A DNA stretch of 64,000 nucleotides from Monocercomonoides exilis PA203 (Eukaryota; Protista; Preaxostyla), in NCBI GenBank assembly GCA_001643675.2, contig LSRY02000001.1, forward strand, positions 806,001 through 870,000, given 5' to 3'. Made by a program: the position numbers and the translations under genes. The notes below the pieces were generated by a model. It was not told where the DNA came from and did not search any database. It saw nothing but the letters and a program-made list of their open reading frames with translations. Positions 51,471 through 64,000 of the stretch are shown in pieces; the stretch's first letter is position 1, and every line of letters starts with the position of its first letter.

Positions 51471-54400
51471 GTGACTGTTATTCGAAAAATTAATGATGTG
51501 CAACATTTATCAAATTCTGCTCTTTTTTTACCTCTCGTTAACTCCTCACAACAAGCTCAGACACAATCTTCTCTTCAGCAGCAGCAGCCACAACAACAAC
51601 AGCAGCAGCAGCCACAACAACAGCAGCAGCAGCAGCCACAACAACAGCAGCAGCAGCAGCCACAACAACAGCAGCAGCAGCAGCCACAACAACAACAGCA
51701 GCAGCAGCCACAACAACAGCAGCAGCAGCAGCCACAACAACAGCAGCAGCAGCAGCCACAACAACAACAGCAGCAGCAGCCACAACAACAGCAGCAGCAG
51801 CAGCCACAACAACAACAGCAGCAGCAGCCACAACAACAACAGCAGCAGCAGCCACAACAACAACAGCAGCAGCAGCCACAACAACAACAGCAGCAGCAGC
51901 CACAACAACAACAGCAGCAGCAGCCACAACAACAACAGCAGCAGCAGCCACAACAACAACAGCAGCAGCAGCCACAACAACAACAGCAGCAGCAGCCACA
52001 ACAACAGCAGCAGCAGCAGCCACAACAACAGCAGCAGCAGCAGCCACAACAACAACAGCAGCAGCAGCCACAACAACAACAGCAGCAGCAGCCACAACAA
52101 CAGCAGCAGCAGCAGCCACAACAACAACAGCAGCAGCAGCCACAACAACAACAGCAGCAGCAGCCACAACAACAGCAGCAGCAGCAGCCACAACAACAGC
52201 AGCAGCAGCAGCCACAACAACAACAGCAGCAGCAGCCACAACAACAACAGCAGCAGCAGCCACAACAACAACAGCAGCAGCAGCCACAACAACAACAGCA
52301 GCAGCAGCCACAACAACAGCAGCAGCAGCAGCCACAACAACAACAGCAGCAGCAGCCACAACAACAGCAGCAGCAGCAGCCACAACAACAACAGCAGCAG
52401 CAGCCACAACAACAGCAGCAGCAGCAGCCACAACAACAGCAGCAGCAGCAGCCACAACAACAGCAGCAGCAGCAGCCACAACAACAACAGCAGCAGCAGC
52501 CACAACAACAACAGCAGCAGCAGCCACAACAACAACAGCAGCAGCAGCCACAACAACAGCAGCAGCAGCAGCCACAACAACAGCAGCAGCAGCAGCCACA
52601 ACAACAACAGCAGCAGCAGCCACAACAACAACAGCAGCAGCAGCCACAACAACAGCAGCAGCAGCAGCCACAACAACAGCAGCAGCAGCAGCCACAACAA
52701 CAACAGCAGCAGCAGCCACAACAACAACAGCAGCAGCAGCCACAACAACAACAGCAGCAGCAGCCACAACAACAACAGCAGCAGCAGCCACAACAACAAC
52801 AGCAGCAGCAGCCACAACAACAGCAGCAGCAGCAGCCACAACAACAACAGCAGCAGCAGCCACAACAACAACAGCAGCAGCAGCCACAACAACAACAGCA
52901 GCAGCAGCCACAACAACAACAGCAGCAGCAGCCACAACAACAACAGCAGCAGCAGCCACAACAACAACAGCAGCAGCAGCCACAACAACAACAGCAGCAG
53001 CAGCCACAACAACAACAGCAGCAGCAGCCACAACAACAACAGCAGCAGCAGCCACAACAACAGCAGCAGCAGCAGCCACAACAACAACAGCAGCAGCAGC
53101 CACAACAACAACAGCAGCAGCAGCCACAACAACAACAGCAGCAGCAGCCACAACAACAACAGCAGCAGCAGCCACAACAACAACAGACTATGCTAATGTC
53201 TTCTGCGCAATCACCTTTTCAGACACAACCTCAATCTCTTCTTCAATTACAACAACAACAACAAACTTCTTTTTATAACTTCACAAACATCAATTCAGAA
53301 AAGGAAGAGAAAAGATCATCTACAAATTCACATCATTTCGATAAATTTTGTATTTCTTTTAAAGCTAATTCCTCATTTCAAACTAATACAAAAGAAGCAA
53401 AGAAATACATAAAACATTCGGCTTTTTCTTCCGAAATTGCAAAACAATCAAAAAAGCAATATGCTTTATCATCATCTTTTTCTTCATTATCTTCAAAAGA
53501 AAATTCAAGATCCTGCGTTATCATGCTTCTTTCTTCACAAAGAGGCTTGAAAAATAATGGCAACGTGTGCTCTCTTTCTGCCATTTGTCAGTGTTTGGCT
53601 TCTCTTGATCTTGAATTTATAGACATTTCAAAAATGAACAGTATGCAAAAAACATTCATGCAGCTGTTTCATCTACTTCGAATCTCTTCGTTTAATTTTA
53701 ATGCGTGGGTTGGAGGACAAATATATAAATTTGGCGACACTTATCTTGGAGGAAAGAATCAGCAAAAAGAACTGTCTGTTGTTTTTGAAAGACTTCTCAA
53801 AGTTCTTACCAAAAATTGTAATGAAATAAATGATATGTTTGCTATCATTTCATAAATTGTTTTAATGTGTGTTCATTGTAATGATTACTCAATTTCTAAA
53901 AGGGATGATCAGTTTTTTGTTACAATCAGAGGATCAGATGTTGTTTCTGGTCTTCAAAATCCATTGACTTGCAGTTCTGTTTTAGTTGAAAAGAGAATAG
54001 GAGAGTGTGTTTCATGTCACAAAGATAGACAATTTTTGAAATTTGTTCGCTTTTTGTATTTTCCAAAAGTGTTAAGTGGTTTATTCAACGTTGGTGATTT
54101 TTTCACTGTTACAGCTCCTCCTCTTTCTATTCATTTTGTTGATTCAGGGTTAGGGCCTGAGGATTTAAAAATATTTGATCCAAAGGCTTCCTCTGAAGAT
54201 TCATTTTTTGCTTCTGGTTCTGTTGATGATGTTGTTGTTTATGAATTTGTTGGATGTGTTATTCATTCAAGTGTTCTTTATAAGCAAGGGCATTTTTTGG
54301 TCGTTGTGAAAGAAGATGTTTCTAAACCTAGTTCCATTTTAAAGTTTATTGAGTGTAATGATCATATTGTTTCAAAAATTATTCCTGAAAAATGGAATGA

Positions 54401-54503
54401 TTTTGGAATCATCTTGCTTCAGAAAATTGGCATCCTTCTATTAGTTTTTACAAAAAAGTTGAAAAATCATAATTCTTTTCATTTTTTATTTTTTTTATTT
54501 TAA
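51471..54503 (+). pseudogene. Polyglutamine-repeat USP (C19 peptidase) family gene with an in-frame stop
   Basis: RGLKNNGNVCSLSAICQCL (Cys box), NQQKE, CVHC and CVSC, KQGHFLVVV (His box), ECNDHIVS. TAA at 53853-53855 is followed in frame by ORF 53865. Confidence 0.75.
51576..53186 (+). repeat. 24-bp tandem repeat CCA CAA CAA CAR CAG CAG CAG CAG, about 67 units, encoding (PQQQQQQQ)n
   Basis: Near-perfect units that vary at one synonymous position. Confidence 0.97.
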
Positions 54504-57197
54504 TTTTTAAGAATTTTCTAAATTGCAAAAAAACAAATTTAACTTTTCGATTTATTATTTTTCTTTTTTGTTTTTTTCCTAATAATTGAAATTTATAAAA
54601 GTTTGAATTTTTTAATAACTCGATTTTTAAAAAAAAAGATAATTCAAAATAAACATGAGTTGCTTTGTGACTATTGAAATACAAAATTGGTTTCCTGAAG
54701 GACCGAGTAATAATGTTCACGTCAGAACCTCAATTATTTGAACAAATAATTGCAAATGCAAATATTGTTAAATATTTATTCAAATAAGCGAAGAATGAAA
54801 ATACGTTTCTCAAAAAGGACGTTGAGAAATTATCAAATTTGAAATATATTGATCATTAGACCGTCAGTGAAGTCAGTGAAGTTCGTGACTGTTAATGAAG
54901 TCAGTATTCTGCAGGGAAGAAATTTTTAATTAATTTATGAAACAAAGAAAAGTTCGAAGAATAGAATAAAATGAATATATAAATATAATACGATATATTT
55001 CAAAAATTCCAAAAATCAGAGAAAATAATATTTTTTTCAAATACCAATACTGACGTGGATTTTTAATTATTGACGGACGTGACAAAAATTTTATGATCTG
55101 TAACACATGTTTAATTCAAAATTAAAAATTAATTCGGCTCTGTGAATAATTGTTTTTTATTTATGATAAAAAGTGTTCATTCATAAAAAATCGATAGTCT
55201 AAATCGGATATAATCACATTGATTTTTGCACAACTTTTTGTGACGATATCCGATTGTGATAATATCTGATGCAACTTAACACAGAAAATAATAAAAATTA
55301 ATAAATAAATTCATTAATTTTGGGTCATATTTTTAATTTTTGGAAATTCTTCACATAAATACATTTTTCAATAGTAATAACAATTTTTTGGATTTTATTA
55401 TGTTATTAAGACTCATTTAAACATATTTTTGTAAAAGTGAAATATTGAGATTTCTGATCGAAAAGTTGAATTTTCATGGAAAAAATCACAAACAACGAAA
55501 AAAAAAAATGTAATCATATATTTTCATTCCTGTGATCTCATGATATTGAAAATGTGTGAAAATTTGGCAAAAAATGTCTTTACATCAAATTATGAACCAA
55601 AAAAAAAATGATTATATTCGGTTTTATTATGAACTATTTTAAATGAGCAAGCTAAATTTAAAAAAAAAGGTGATTTTGTATTTCGATAAATATATTATTT
55701 ATCAAATTACTAATTCACTTATATCATATAATTTTAAACATTCATCGATTATTTCAAGCTTTTAATCTTAATATATAAATTATTATAAATATGTTTAATT
55801 ATTTTATAATTAATTAATTTTGTTATAGAGATTAAATAATAATATTTTCAAGATATTATAGTTAAGGGAATATTATTTGCATTAAAATGAATACAACTAT
55901 TAAATGAAAATGAAAAGATTGCAACAATAATAATTTAAAAATTATTAATTTCTTTTCTAATAGAAAAAATAAAGTGAATTTTCAATTTAAAATTCTTATT
56001 ATATATATCTAGATTTTAATTAACTAAATATTATTTTAAGAAGTATTATTGTCAAAGGAATGATTGTTAATATTGCATAGTTTTTATGATTTGAACGATT
56101 GGGATATAATTATAAACAATTAATGATTTGAAATTACATTTTTTTATGTGTTTTTTAAACTAAATAATGTTAAATAAATATAAAATTTTTGTAGTCGGTT
56201 AAGAATTAAAATTGAATTGATAATATTATTCAATAGTTAATTATTCAAATTTTTTGCATAATAATGTGAATTTTTAAACATGATTTAAAGTTTACTCATT
56301 AAAGTTACATTGTAAAAGATTTGAATTATGATTATTAACATCAGACATTAAAGAAACGGAAATAAATGTTGAATTTGGTTTATGAAATCAAAAATAACAA
56401 AATTGAAGAATTGAATATATAAAACCAATAAGAACGAACACATTATTCAATTAACGAGTTCCAAGTTTATTATTCAATAACTGAGTCAAATAACCAAATA
56501 CTCTGAAACAATCATTTATCTATTATGTTTAGCAAAAAATGAAAGTGAACAGTATTTATAAAAGAATAAAGAATTTAGGAGAAAACAATGAATGAAAAAT
56601 TTGAGAATTACGAAAATGCGGCCTATTGTTGCAAAAAAAGTAAAAAGAATTATCATTCAAAAATATATCAAATTGCTGTAGTTGTTTTAAACATTCACAA
56701 ACAAAACGATAATCATGTGATCGAATTTCTGAAAATAATTAAAACAACACTTTTTGAAAATACAAAAATTATCAACGTAAAAAACCACAAAACACAAATG
56801 AGAAATTTGTTTCTTATTGAAGTTAGATTTTCCAGTTTGATTATTTGAAATTGGCAATCTCCAATTTTCTTAAAAATCCATGATTATTATCACTTTATCT
56901 TTTTTCAGCTTATCTTTTTTTCATAAAAATAATTTCTTTGATGTTGGGTCTTTTTTTAAAACTGAATAATAACTTATTCCAATTTTCATTATCAAATCGC
57001 AACAACAGAGTCGCGACATGTTGTGTTTATCTAAATTTATGAAATAAAATAAATTTGGTATTTTCTCAATCTTTTTCCTGGCAACTCGAGGATTTTCATA
57101 TATTTTTTGTTTTGTGACTTGTGATATTCACTTTTTTTGTTTCTTAAATTACTTCACCATTATTTTGAGTTAGGTTTTCAATTTTGTTTGTATATTT

Positions 57198-57437
57198 GTC
57201 AAAATTTTTTTGAAAAGTTCCTTTTATTTAATTTTCAAATAAAATAAAAATTTCATATTTTCATCAATTTTTTGTTCCTACTCAAGAAACTTCACCAAAA
57301 TGGAAACAAATCCAAAAGAATGTTATCATTACCGTTTTTGTGAAGTTTCATAATTGGGAACATAAATTTGATCAAAATATGAAATTTTTGTTATATTAGA
57401 AAATAAAACAAAAGGAACTTTTCAAAAAATTTTAGAC
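57198..57437. mobile_element. 240-bp MITE (AWWT TSD)
   Basis: GTCAAAATTTTTTTGAAAAGTTCC...GGAACTTTTCAAAAAATTTTAGAC flanked by ATTT/ATTT. Confidence 0.85.
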
Positions 57438-58241
57438 ATTTATTATATATTAATTAAACTTTTTATGATATGTTTTTTGAGTTTTGTATAATTTTTGTAC
57501 AGTGCCTTTGTATCATGTTTTAAAGCAATTTTAACTAGCATAGATAACTTATATCCATTTTTAACACTATTTTTTATATGTTTAATATAAATATGAGAGT
57601 TCTAAATGTTTCAATATTTTTTTTTAACAGATTCACTAATTTCATATTTTTATTTTTTGTTTTAAGTGTTAACAAGCAAACAATGATATGCAATGAATTT
57701 TTCTTGTATTTATATATATGTTTAATATGTGCTTAAACAAAAAAACTTATCAATTACAAAATTATATTGTATTAAGATAAAAAGGGAACCAAGGTGAAAT
57801 GAAAAATACAATATAGTTATAAAAAACTCAGTGCTTTGAGTTCAACAAGCTCTGCAAAAGATTTTCGCTGACTCTTTTTTCTTTTATTGAAGCACTGGAG
57901 GAAAAAGCAAAAGGGAAAAAGGACAACGACGTTTGTTGGAACAGTCGAAGAGATTTCCACTAATTTGGCAAAAACCACTTTGACGATTTATCACTGTTTC
58001 TTTCTCTTTCTTCATCTTCATCTCTTTCGTTAATAATAATTTCATCTCTCCTTTCCTTTTCTTCGACAGTTTTCTTTTTTTTCTTCTCCTTTTCATCTTT
58101 TCTTTCTTTTTCTCTTTGATCTTCCCCAGTTCGCTGCTCTTGGGCTTCAGAATTGCCTGAAAAACATAGTTATGGTAATGTAAATATAAAAACAAGCAAA
58201 ATAAACATTATAAACGTTAATATGGGTGAAAATAAAAAAGT

Positions 58242-59348
58242 CTAACTATCTTCCGAATAAAATAGAGTTGTGATTGATGATGGTGGAGGAGCTTCAGGAT
58301 TCAATCTTTTCTTCATATTGACTCGATAGCGTTCGTTGGCGATTCGCTTTGCTTCCACTTTCTTCTCATGTGACTTCATCAGATATCCAATAAAACTGGA
58401 ATTAGCATCTGAGACGACTGCGGTCAATGGGTCTTTCAGGATTTGAAAATTCGTCAAACAACATGCAATAGGGAAATACTCCGTCACTCTTTCCACTTCA
58501 AACGGCCATGGACGCCTGAAAACGGCAAAAAAAGTCTTCAACCTCCCAAAAAATCGCTCAACAATGACTCTATTGGACGCCAATTCGGGTGTTCCGACAG
58601 GTTTTGAGAAAATTGCACCCAATTTTGGCCTTGCTCCAATGAATGCAGAGTCAGCAAGTATCTTTACTCCTCCAAATTAACCATCAAACAGAGATTAATG
58701 GTCTTTAAAAAGGACAAAATCGTGTGTTGACCCTGTTTGAACGTGGCTAATTGTACAAGCAGTACCAATTCGAGGATTAACACCAACTTCCACCTTCACA
58801 CAGTAAATATGATGCTTTCCACTATAAAATTTTTTTCCATATTCCAACCTCCCACCTGGTCGATTTGTTGGAATTACAGTACAATCCAAAACAAGACCCA
58901 CCTCCTTCATTCCTTCAAGACAATCTGGTCGAAAAGTGAGAAATAAATCAGTCAAGGGCACTCTGATGTCTGCAGCAATACTGTGAAGAAGACGTATTGT
59001 TGCATTTTGAGTGTCAAAAAAAGAAGAAGAAAGCATAAATGTGTGTGTAGTGGATCCATGATGAAGAAAAGTGAGTAATAGAAAAAGTTGATCAGAAAAA
59101 TTGTTCATTGCTTTATCTTATCCTTGGTGAGGAGGGATTTCTTTTTGAAGAAGTTGGAGTAATAAATCGAACTCAACTCGAGCGAAGCCAGTAAAGCGAA
59201 AAAAAGCAGTTTGGGTATTGCCTAAAATATTCAAAGCTCTCTCAATGATTGATGTGGATTTTTTTGTTTCTTTGACAGCAGGAGAAGCAGGCATTTTATT
59301 ACTTTCTTCAACTCTCTCCAATACACTCAAAAGTGAAGATTCAGACAT
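58242..59348 (-). pseudogene. PIF/Harbinger-IS5 (DDE_Tnp_4) transposase
   Basis: Motifs FFRFTGF..FDLL, LVLDCTVIPTNRP, FYSGKH, GSTHD, ILADSAF and RVIVERFFGRLK. Split by stops. Confidence 0.85.
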
Positions 59349-59525
59349 CGATCGAAACAGTCAAAAAATGATAACAACAAACACACCCTTCATATGTAAA
59401 TATTTTTGTGATCAAAAATGACCCATGATAAAAAACAATGGATGTTATTAAATCTCATTGGAACTTAGTCGATCTTTTTGGAATGATATCAAACTCATTT
59501 CAAAAAGTTAATGTCAATACGATAT

Positions 59526-59765
59526 GTCTAAATTTTTTTGTAAAGTTCCTTTTGTTTAATTTTCAAATAAAGAAAAAATATCATATTTTCATCAAATTTC
59601 GGTTTTCGCTCACCAAACTTCACTAAATTGGAAATAATAACATTGTCAATATTTTATTGTCATGATATCGAAATTTGATAAGTGGGAACAGAAATTTGAT
59701 CAAAATAAGAAATATTTATTTAATTTGAAAATTAAACAAAAGGAACTTTTCAAAAAAATTAAGAC
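59526..59765. mobile_element. 240-bp MITE (AWWT TSD)
   Basis: GTCTAAATTTTTTTGTAAAGTTCC...GGAACTTTTCAAAAAAATTAAGAC flanked by ATAT/ATAT. Confidence 0.85.
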
Positions 59766-59805
59766 ATATAACTAAATAAATTCGTATAAGTTCTAGTACT
59801 TGACA

Positions 59806-59843
59806 GATTTGACTGAGTCACGAAAATGTGACTCAGTCAAATC
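59806..59843. repeat. Perfect 16-bp-stem hairpin
   Basis: GATTTGACTGAGTCAC-GAAAAT-GTGACTCAGTCAAATC. Confidence 0.9.
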
Positions 59844-62036
59844 GATTTTGGTCTGGTTTATCGAATTTTGCTAATTATTATCGAATTTCCCTCAATCTCG
59901 CCAAGGGCGAAATTGTGATTTTTATGATCACAACATGTGATCGAGCATTTTTTTGTTTTGTTTTAATCTTACTCGAAAATCGGTTTTCTTCAGCATGCAT
60001 TTTATAATCAAACATTTTTTGCAAAATTTGCCCATTCTTCTTCCATCAGAAAGTTGCTGATGCAAAAATGTCCTTGATTTGGTCGAATAAAATGGAATTG
60101 CACACGCACAATTTTGTTCATTCATTTGGATAAACAGAGAGGCTATTTTGAAACATTCGTTGATGGCTATTGATAAAATATTGAATTCTGTATTCATGGA
60201 ATAATTGCTTTTTCACATTCACGGGCTTTTCCTTTTTTTGGAAAAAGATAATGTTAAATTTGATGATTTTTTCACGATGATCATTTGAACAATTGAAATT
60301 TCGTTCAGGATCAAAGATCTAAAAGTTTCAGATCTTCAGATTGACAAAATGCAAATTCAAATATTCTTGTTTTGATATATGATCATTATTTATTAAAAAA
60401 AAACTTGTGAAATGAAATAATGAGCACACTTTTCATGTAAAGTTAAGGACCAAAAGTTCAAAAGAAATGAATATCCCAGCCTATTCATCAAAGAGAAATA
60501 CTTAATAGAAAAGTTGAATTCAGAAGAAGGAACAATGCATCATCAACATACTTCCAATACACAATCTGCTTTAAATTTTTCATTTTTCTTCAAGAGAATT
60601 CAAAAATAGACAACAGATTAATAAAAACGATAACATCTTCTTCTTCGAAACCATGGAATATTATTCACAGATAGATTGACTCAACTTATCGATTTTTTTT
60701 TCTTAATTGTTTTAACACGTTGAAATCAAATTTTTCATCGAGTTTTGTTTTCAAATTGGACAAAAATCAACTTAGTGGTAATTTTTCTCTTTTTCATTTA
60801 AACATTTTCTCAACTTTTTCAATGACACATAATTCCTATTTATCAAATGTTAGTTTCGATCTTGCATTAGAAAGGTTTCATTCATATGTTAGAGATGAAC
60901 AGGTCAGCTTTTTCACAATATCTCAGTACCTCAATTGCTTTGAAAACAAAAATGAAGATAAAAAACTTGATGACGTCTGTTCAGATATAATCAAACTCCT
61001 ACGAATTGCAGATACTGTAGAAAGGGGCGAAGCACCACATCCAGAAGAACCAAAGACAAAAGAGGAATTTTAAAACGAACCGAATTATTTTTGAAGAAGA
61101 CCCTCTTGGAATTTTATTGGCAGAAAAAGATATGAAAGATCCTGATTTTCAAGCAGCTAATATTTTTGATTCAGTCATTATATCAACATCTTCATCTTCA
61201 TCATCTTCATTATCTTCATCGTCTTCATCTTGTTCTTCCTCATCATTTTTGCCTTCTTCATCATCTTTTAATATCACAATCATCAAAAACATCTGAATCA
61301 TTTTCACATACGAACGAATCAATTGATGTTGCAATTGAATCGGAAGATTATGAAGTTGAATTGCTTTTTGCAAGCAAAGTTTTCGATATTATCTCACCAT
61401 ATTCGACTGACAAAAAAGATGAAATGTGCCTCAATATTTCTTCATGCATCACGTCTGATTGGAGCAATGGGATGGAGCGAAGGTTTGAAATATTAATTAA
61501 TTCAGTTTTATTTAAAGAAGATCCAGAGCTGAAAAAGTAATGTCTGAAGATAAATGTGTGATTAATTTTGAATTCATATTGCTTCCATCAAAATTTTCGT
61601 TTTTATAATTCACTTTAAGTGCTGATAAATGAGCACAAAAAAAAAATAATTCCATTCAAAAATTATTTTTTCATGAATATTATCTGAAGCATTGTCATTT
61701 ATAACAAATGCATTGCCTTTATCTTTTTAATGAATAATTCCTCACAAAAGAAATTAAACATTTGAAAAATCGACACTCCGAAAAAAGTTATGATTTCAAA
61801 AATAATCACACATATCAAAATGTACTGAGTATATCTCCAAGTTCTATTGTGGAATATAATGCTCAAATCAATCATTAAAATTTGTCAAAGATAAGTTTCA
61901 ATCGTACTATATGGGTGATTCTTTTTGTAATCATAATTTTTTTCGACGTGTTGATTTTTCAAATTTTACATTTTTTTTGTAAGGAATTTATTGTACAAAA
62001 GAAAAATAGCACTATAATACTAAATATTTTTGATAT

Positions 62037-62276
62037 GTCTGAATATTTTGTAAAGTTCTTTTTGTTTAATTTTCAAATTTAATAAAATTTTCAAATTTTC
62101 ATCAGTTTTTTGTTCCCACGTTTTAAACTTCTATAAAATGAAAATAAAAACATTGTTGAGGTTTTGATATCCAATTAAGGAAAGTTTAATCCGTGGGAAC
62201 AGAAATTTGATAGAAATATAACATTTTTTCTTTATTTGAAAAATAAACAAAAGGAACTTTTCAAAAAAATTCACCC
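62037..62276. mobile_element. 240-bp MITE (AWWT TSD), near-identical to 29358-29597
   Basis: Reverse complement of 29358-29597; ATAT/ATAT flanks. Confidence 0.9.
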
Positions 62277-62370
62277 ATATGGCTCTTTCTTTTCGAAAAG
62301 TCGAAAAACTTTAATTGCGATCCCATGAAAGATCAAAAAATTATCCCAGAATAATTTTATTTTTTATAAA

Positions 62371-63124
62371 ATGACGTTTTCAGATTTGTCTGAAAGCAGA
62401 AAGTCTCAACTGTGTAAAAGACTATTTGAATTTCTTCAACTTCATTTAAAGAATGAGGAAACATCTTTCATTCTTCACTTTTCATACCATTCAAGAAATG
62501 GAAAAGAAATTCTTGAATTGCTTAACAATTAATTGAATGGTAATATCAATGTATTATTATTTAGTTTCATTTTTTTGTATTCTCTTCTTTTGATTAAATA
62601 GTTAAAATGGAAAACATTCTAATTTACGCTGGTTCATTGAACGATATATTAGACAAAAAGAATAAAATACTCTTGTTACAAACATTTTTGAGATCATTTT
62701 CTTCAACTGAACTAATAAAAGCTGGCTGGAATTGTGCAGCAAACAACATTTTACACGCCGAACGGATGTTGAAAAGGCACAATTTTGAAATAATTCTCGC
62801 AAGCAAACCGAAAATTCCCAGTAGTAAAAAACGTTCGTTTTTTTTTTCTTTTCTCATTTAAAGCTATATGGAAACATCAGCATTGAGTTTATATGTCTTT
62901 TATTTATGTGAATGGTGGTTAAGGAAGAACACAAGTGAAAGTTGCAAAGAACAAAACATTCAAGAAACAAGAATATTCAAAGATTTATCAGATGATGACT
63001 TTGAATTCTTAAACTCAAATCATCATTTTACAATAACTGATCAACAATCATCACATATTTTATTCAATTATGAAGAAATTCAAACTCTTTTAAATGCATT
63101 CTCTGTTTCAAAGTTTCAACCAAT

Positions 63125-63156
<32 letters not shown>

Positions 63157-64000
63157 AAATATTGTTTCGATAATATTCATTTGAACAAACATAATCGATT
63201 CTGCTCAGGACATTCCCTGATTTCATCTTCATCATTTCCTCCGCTTCAGCTAACTCGAGCAAGCACCCCATCAACGCCTCCTTCTTTTGCTTCTCCTTTT
63301 TCTTACGACAGGCATATAGATGAAATTATCAATGAACCTGTTTTGTCATCACACTTTTCAAGTTTTGTAATTGATGATTCGTCTTTTAATGATATATATT
63401 TAATGAATTCCAATGCTTGCATTTCCGAGTATCAGATAAGTTTGTGTTCTAAAATATTAAAACATAAATTAAATAAGTTTTTATATTTCCTGATTCATTC
63501 ATATAAATTGATTTTCAAAAAGAGAAATAGTTGTACAAGAAAACAGTAAATTATTTGAAAAATAAATGTGTACAAACAATTCTTTTAAGAATTCTGATGA
63601 AAGTCTCTGTAAATGGTTTTAAGGATATAAGAGGATATTCTTTGGTTCAAAAGATGAATTATTCAGAAGAAAGAAAAATGAAATTGATGTAAAAATTTGT
63701 AGATCATTATTCTTCAGATTGGTAGTTAACATTGAAAAGGCAAAAAGAAGAACAGATATGTGTTATTTGTGAGTTAGAATAGTATTTTTGGTAGGAAAAG
63801 AAAAAACAAAAATTTTAACAAAATCAGAATTACAATAAATGGAAACACTTAGAATTCATTACACTATTCAAAATTTTCATCGCAGGAAGTTTAATGAGAA
63901 AGTTGCGAATCTTCAAGAAAATGAGTTTTTGGCTTTATAAGATTTTAAACAAAATCGGACTTTTCCTATTAAACAAACTCAAGAAAGCAGAGATTATTAT
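62371..64000 (+). pseudogene. Sola-like transposase copy C (no USP domain seen), runs off the window
   Basis: N-terminus is homologous to 9981-10400 (FSDLSESRKSQLC; KILLLQTF..FS..EL.KAGWNC). Later KAKRRTDMCYL* and L*DFKQNRTFPIKQTQESRDYY. Confidence 0.75.

Noticed and set aside
51576-53186. CRISPR-like array
   Set aside because: Contiguous tandem units with no unique spacers.
51493-53196. Long alternative-frame ORFs (poly S/H/N, A/V, L/W)
   Set aside because: By-products of a stop-free repeat unit.

Overview
AT-rich eukaryotic DNA with short GT-AG introns and the standard genetic code. The gene families resemble those of an oxymonad such as Monocercomonoides, but that assignment is inference. 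Almost the whole window is nested transposons and decayed multigene-family copies. Main components: (1) Three copies of a Sola-like DDD transposase. Two carry a ubiquitin-specific protease (USP/C19) domain in the same ORF and a GC-rich structured island downstream that shares a 12-nt motif. A separate USP gene has about 67 PQ7 repeats. (2) Non-autonomous 'Pack'-type elements with GGCATAGG termini, 317-461 bp TIRs and 8-bp TSDs, carrying host surface-protein pseudogenes. One is present twice in inverted orientation (11245-16642 and 41013-46408), and both copies interrupt a USP domain. (3) A decayed Merlin/IS1595-type transposase that could be their mobiliser. (4) Five 239-240 bp MITEs with AWWT TSDs. 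(5) Remnants of DIRS, pogo/DDE_1, hAT and PIF/Harbinger elements. No rRNA, tRNA or CRISPR array was seen.
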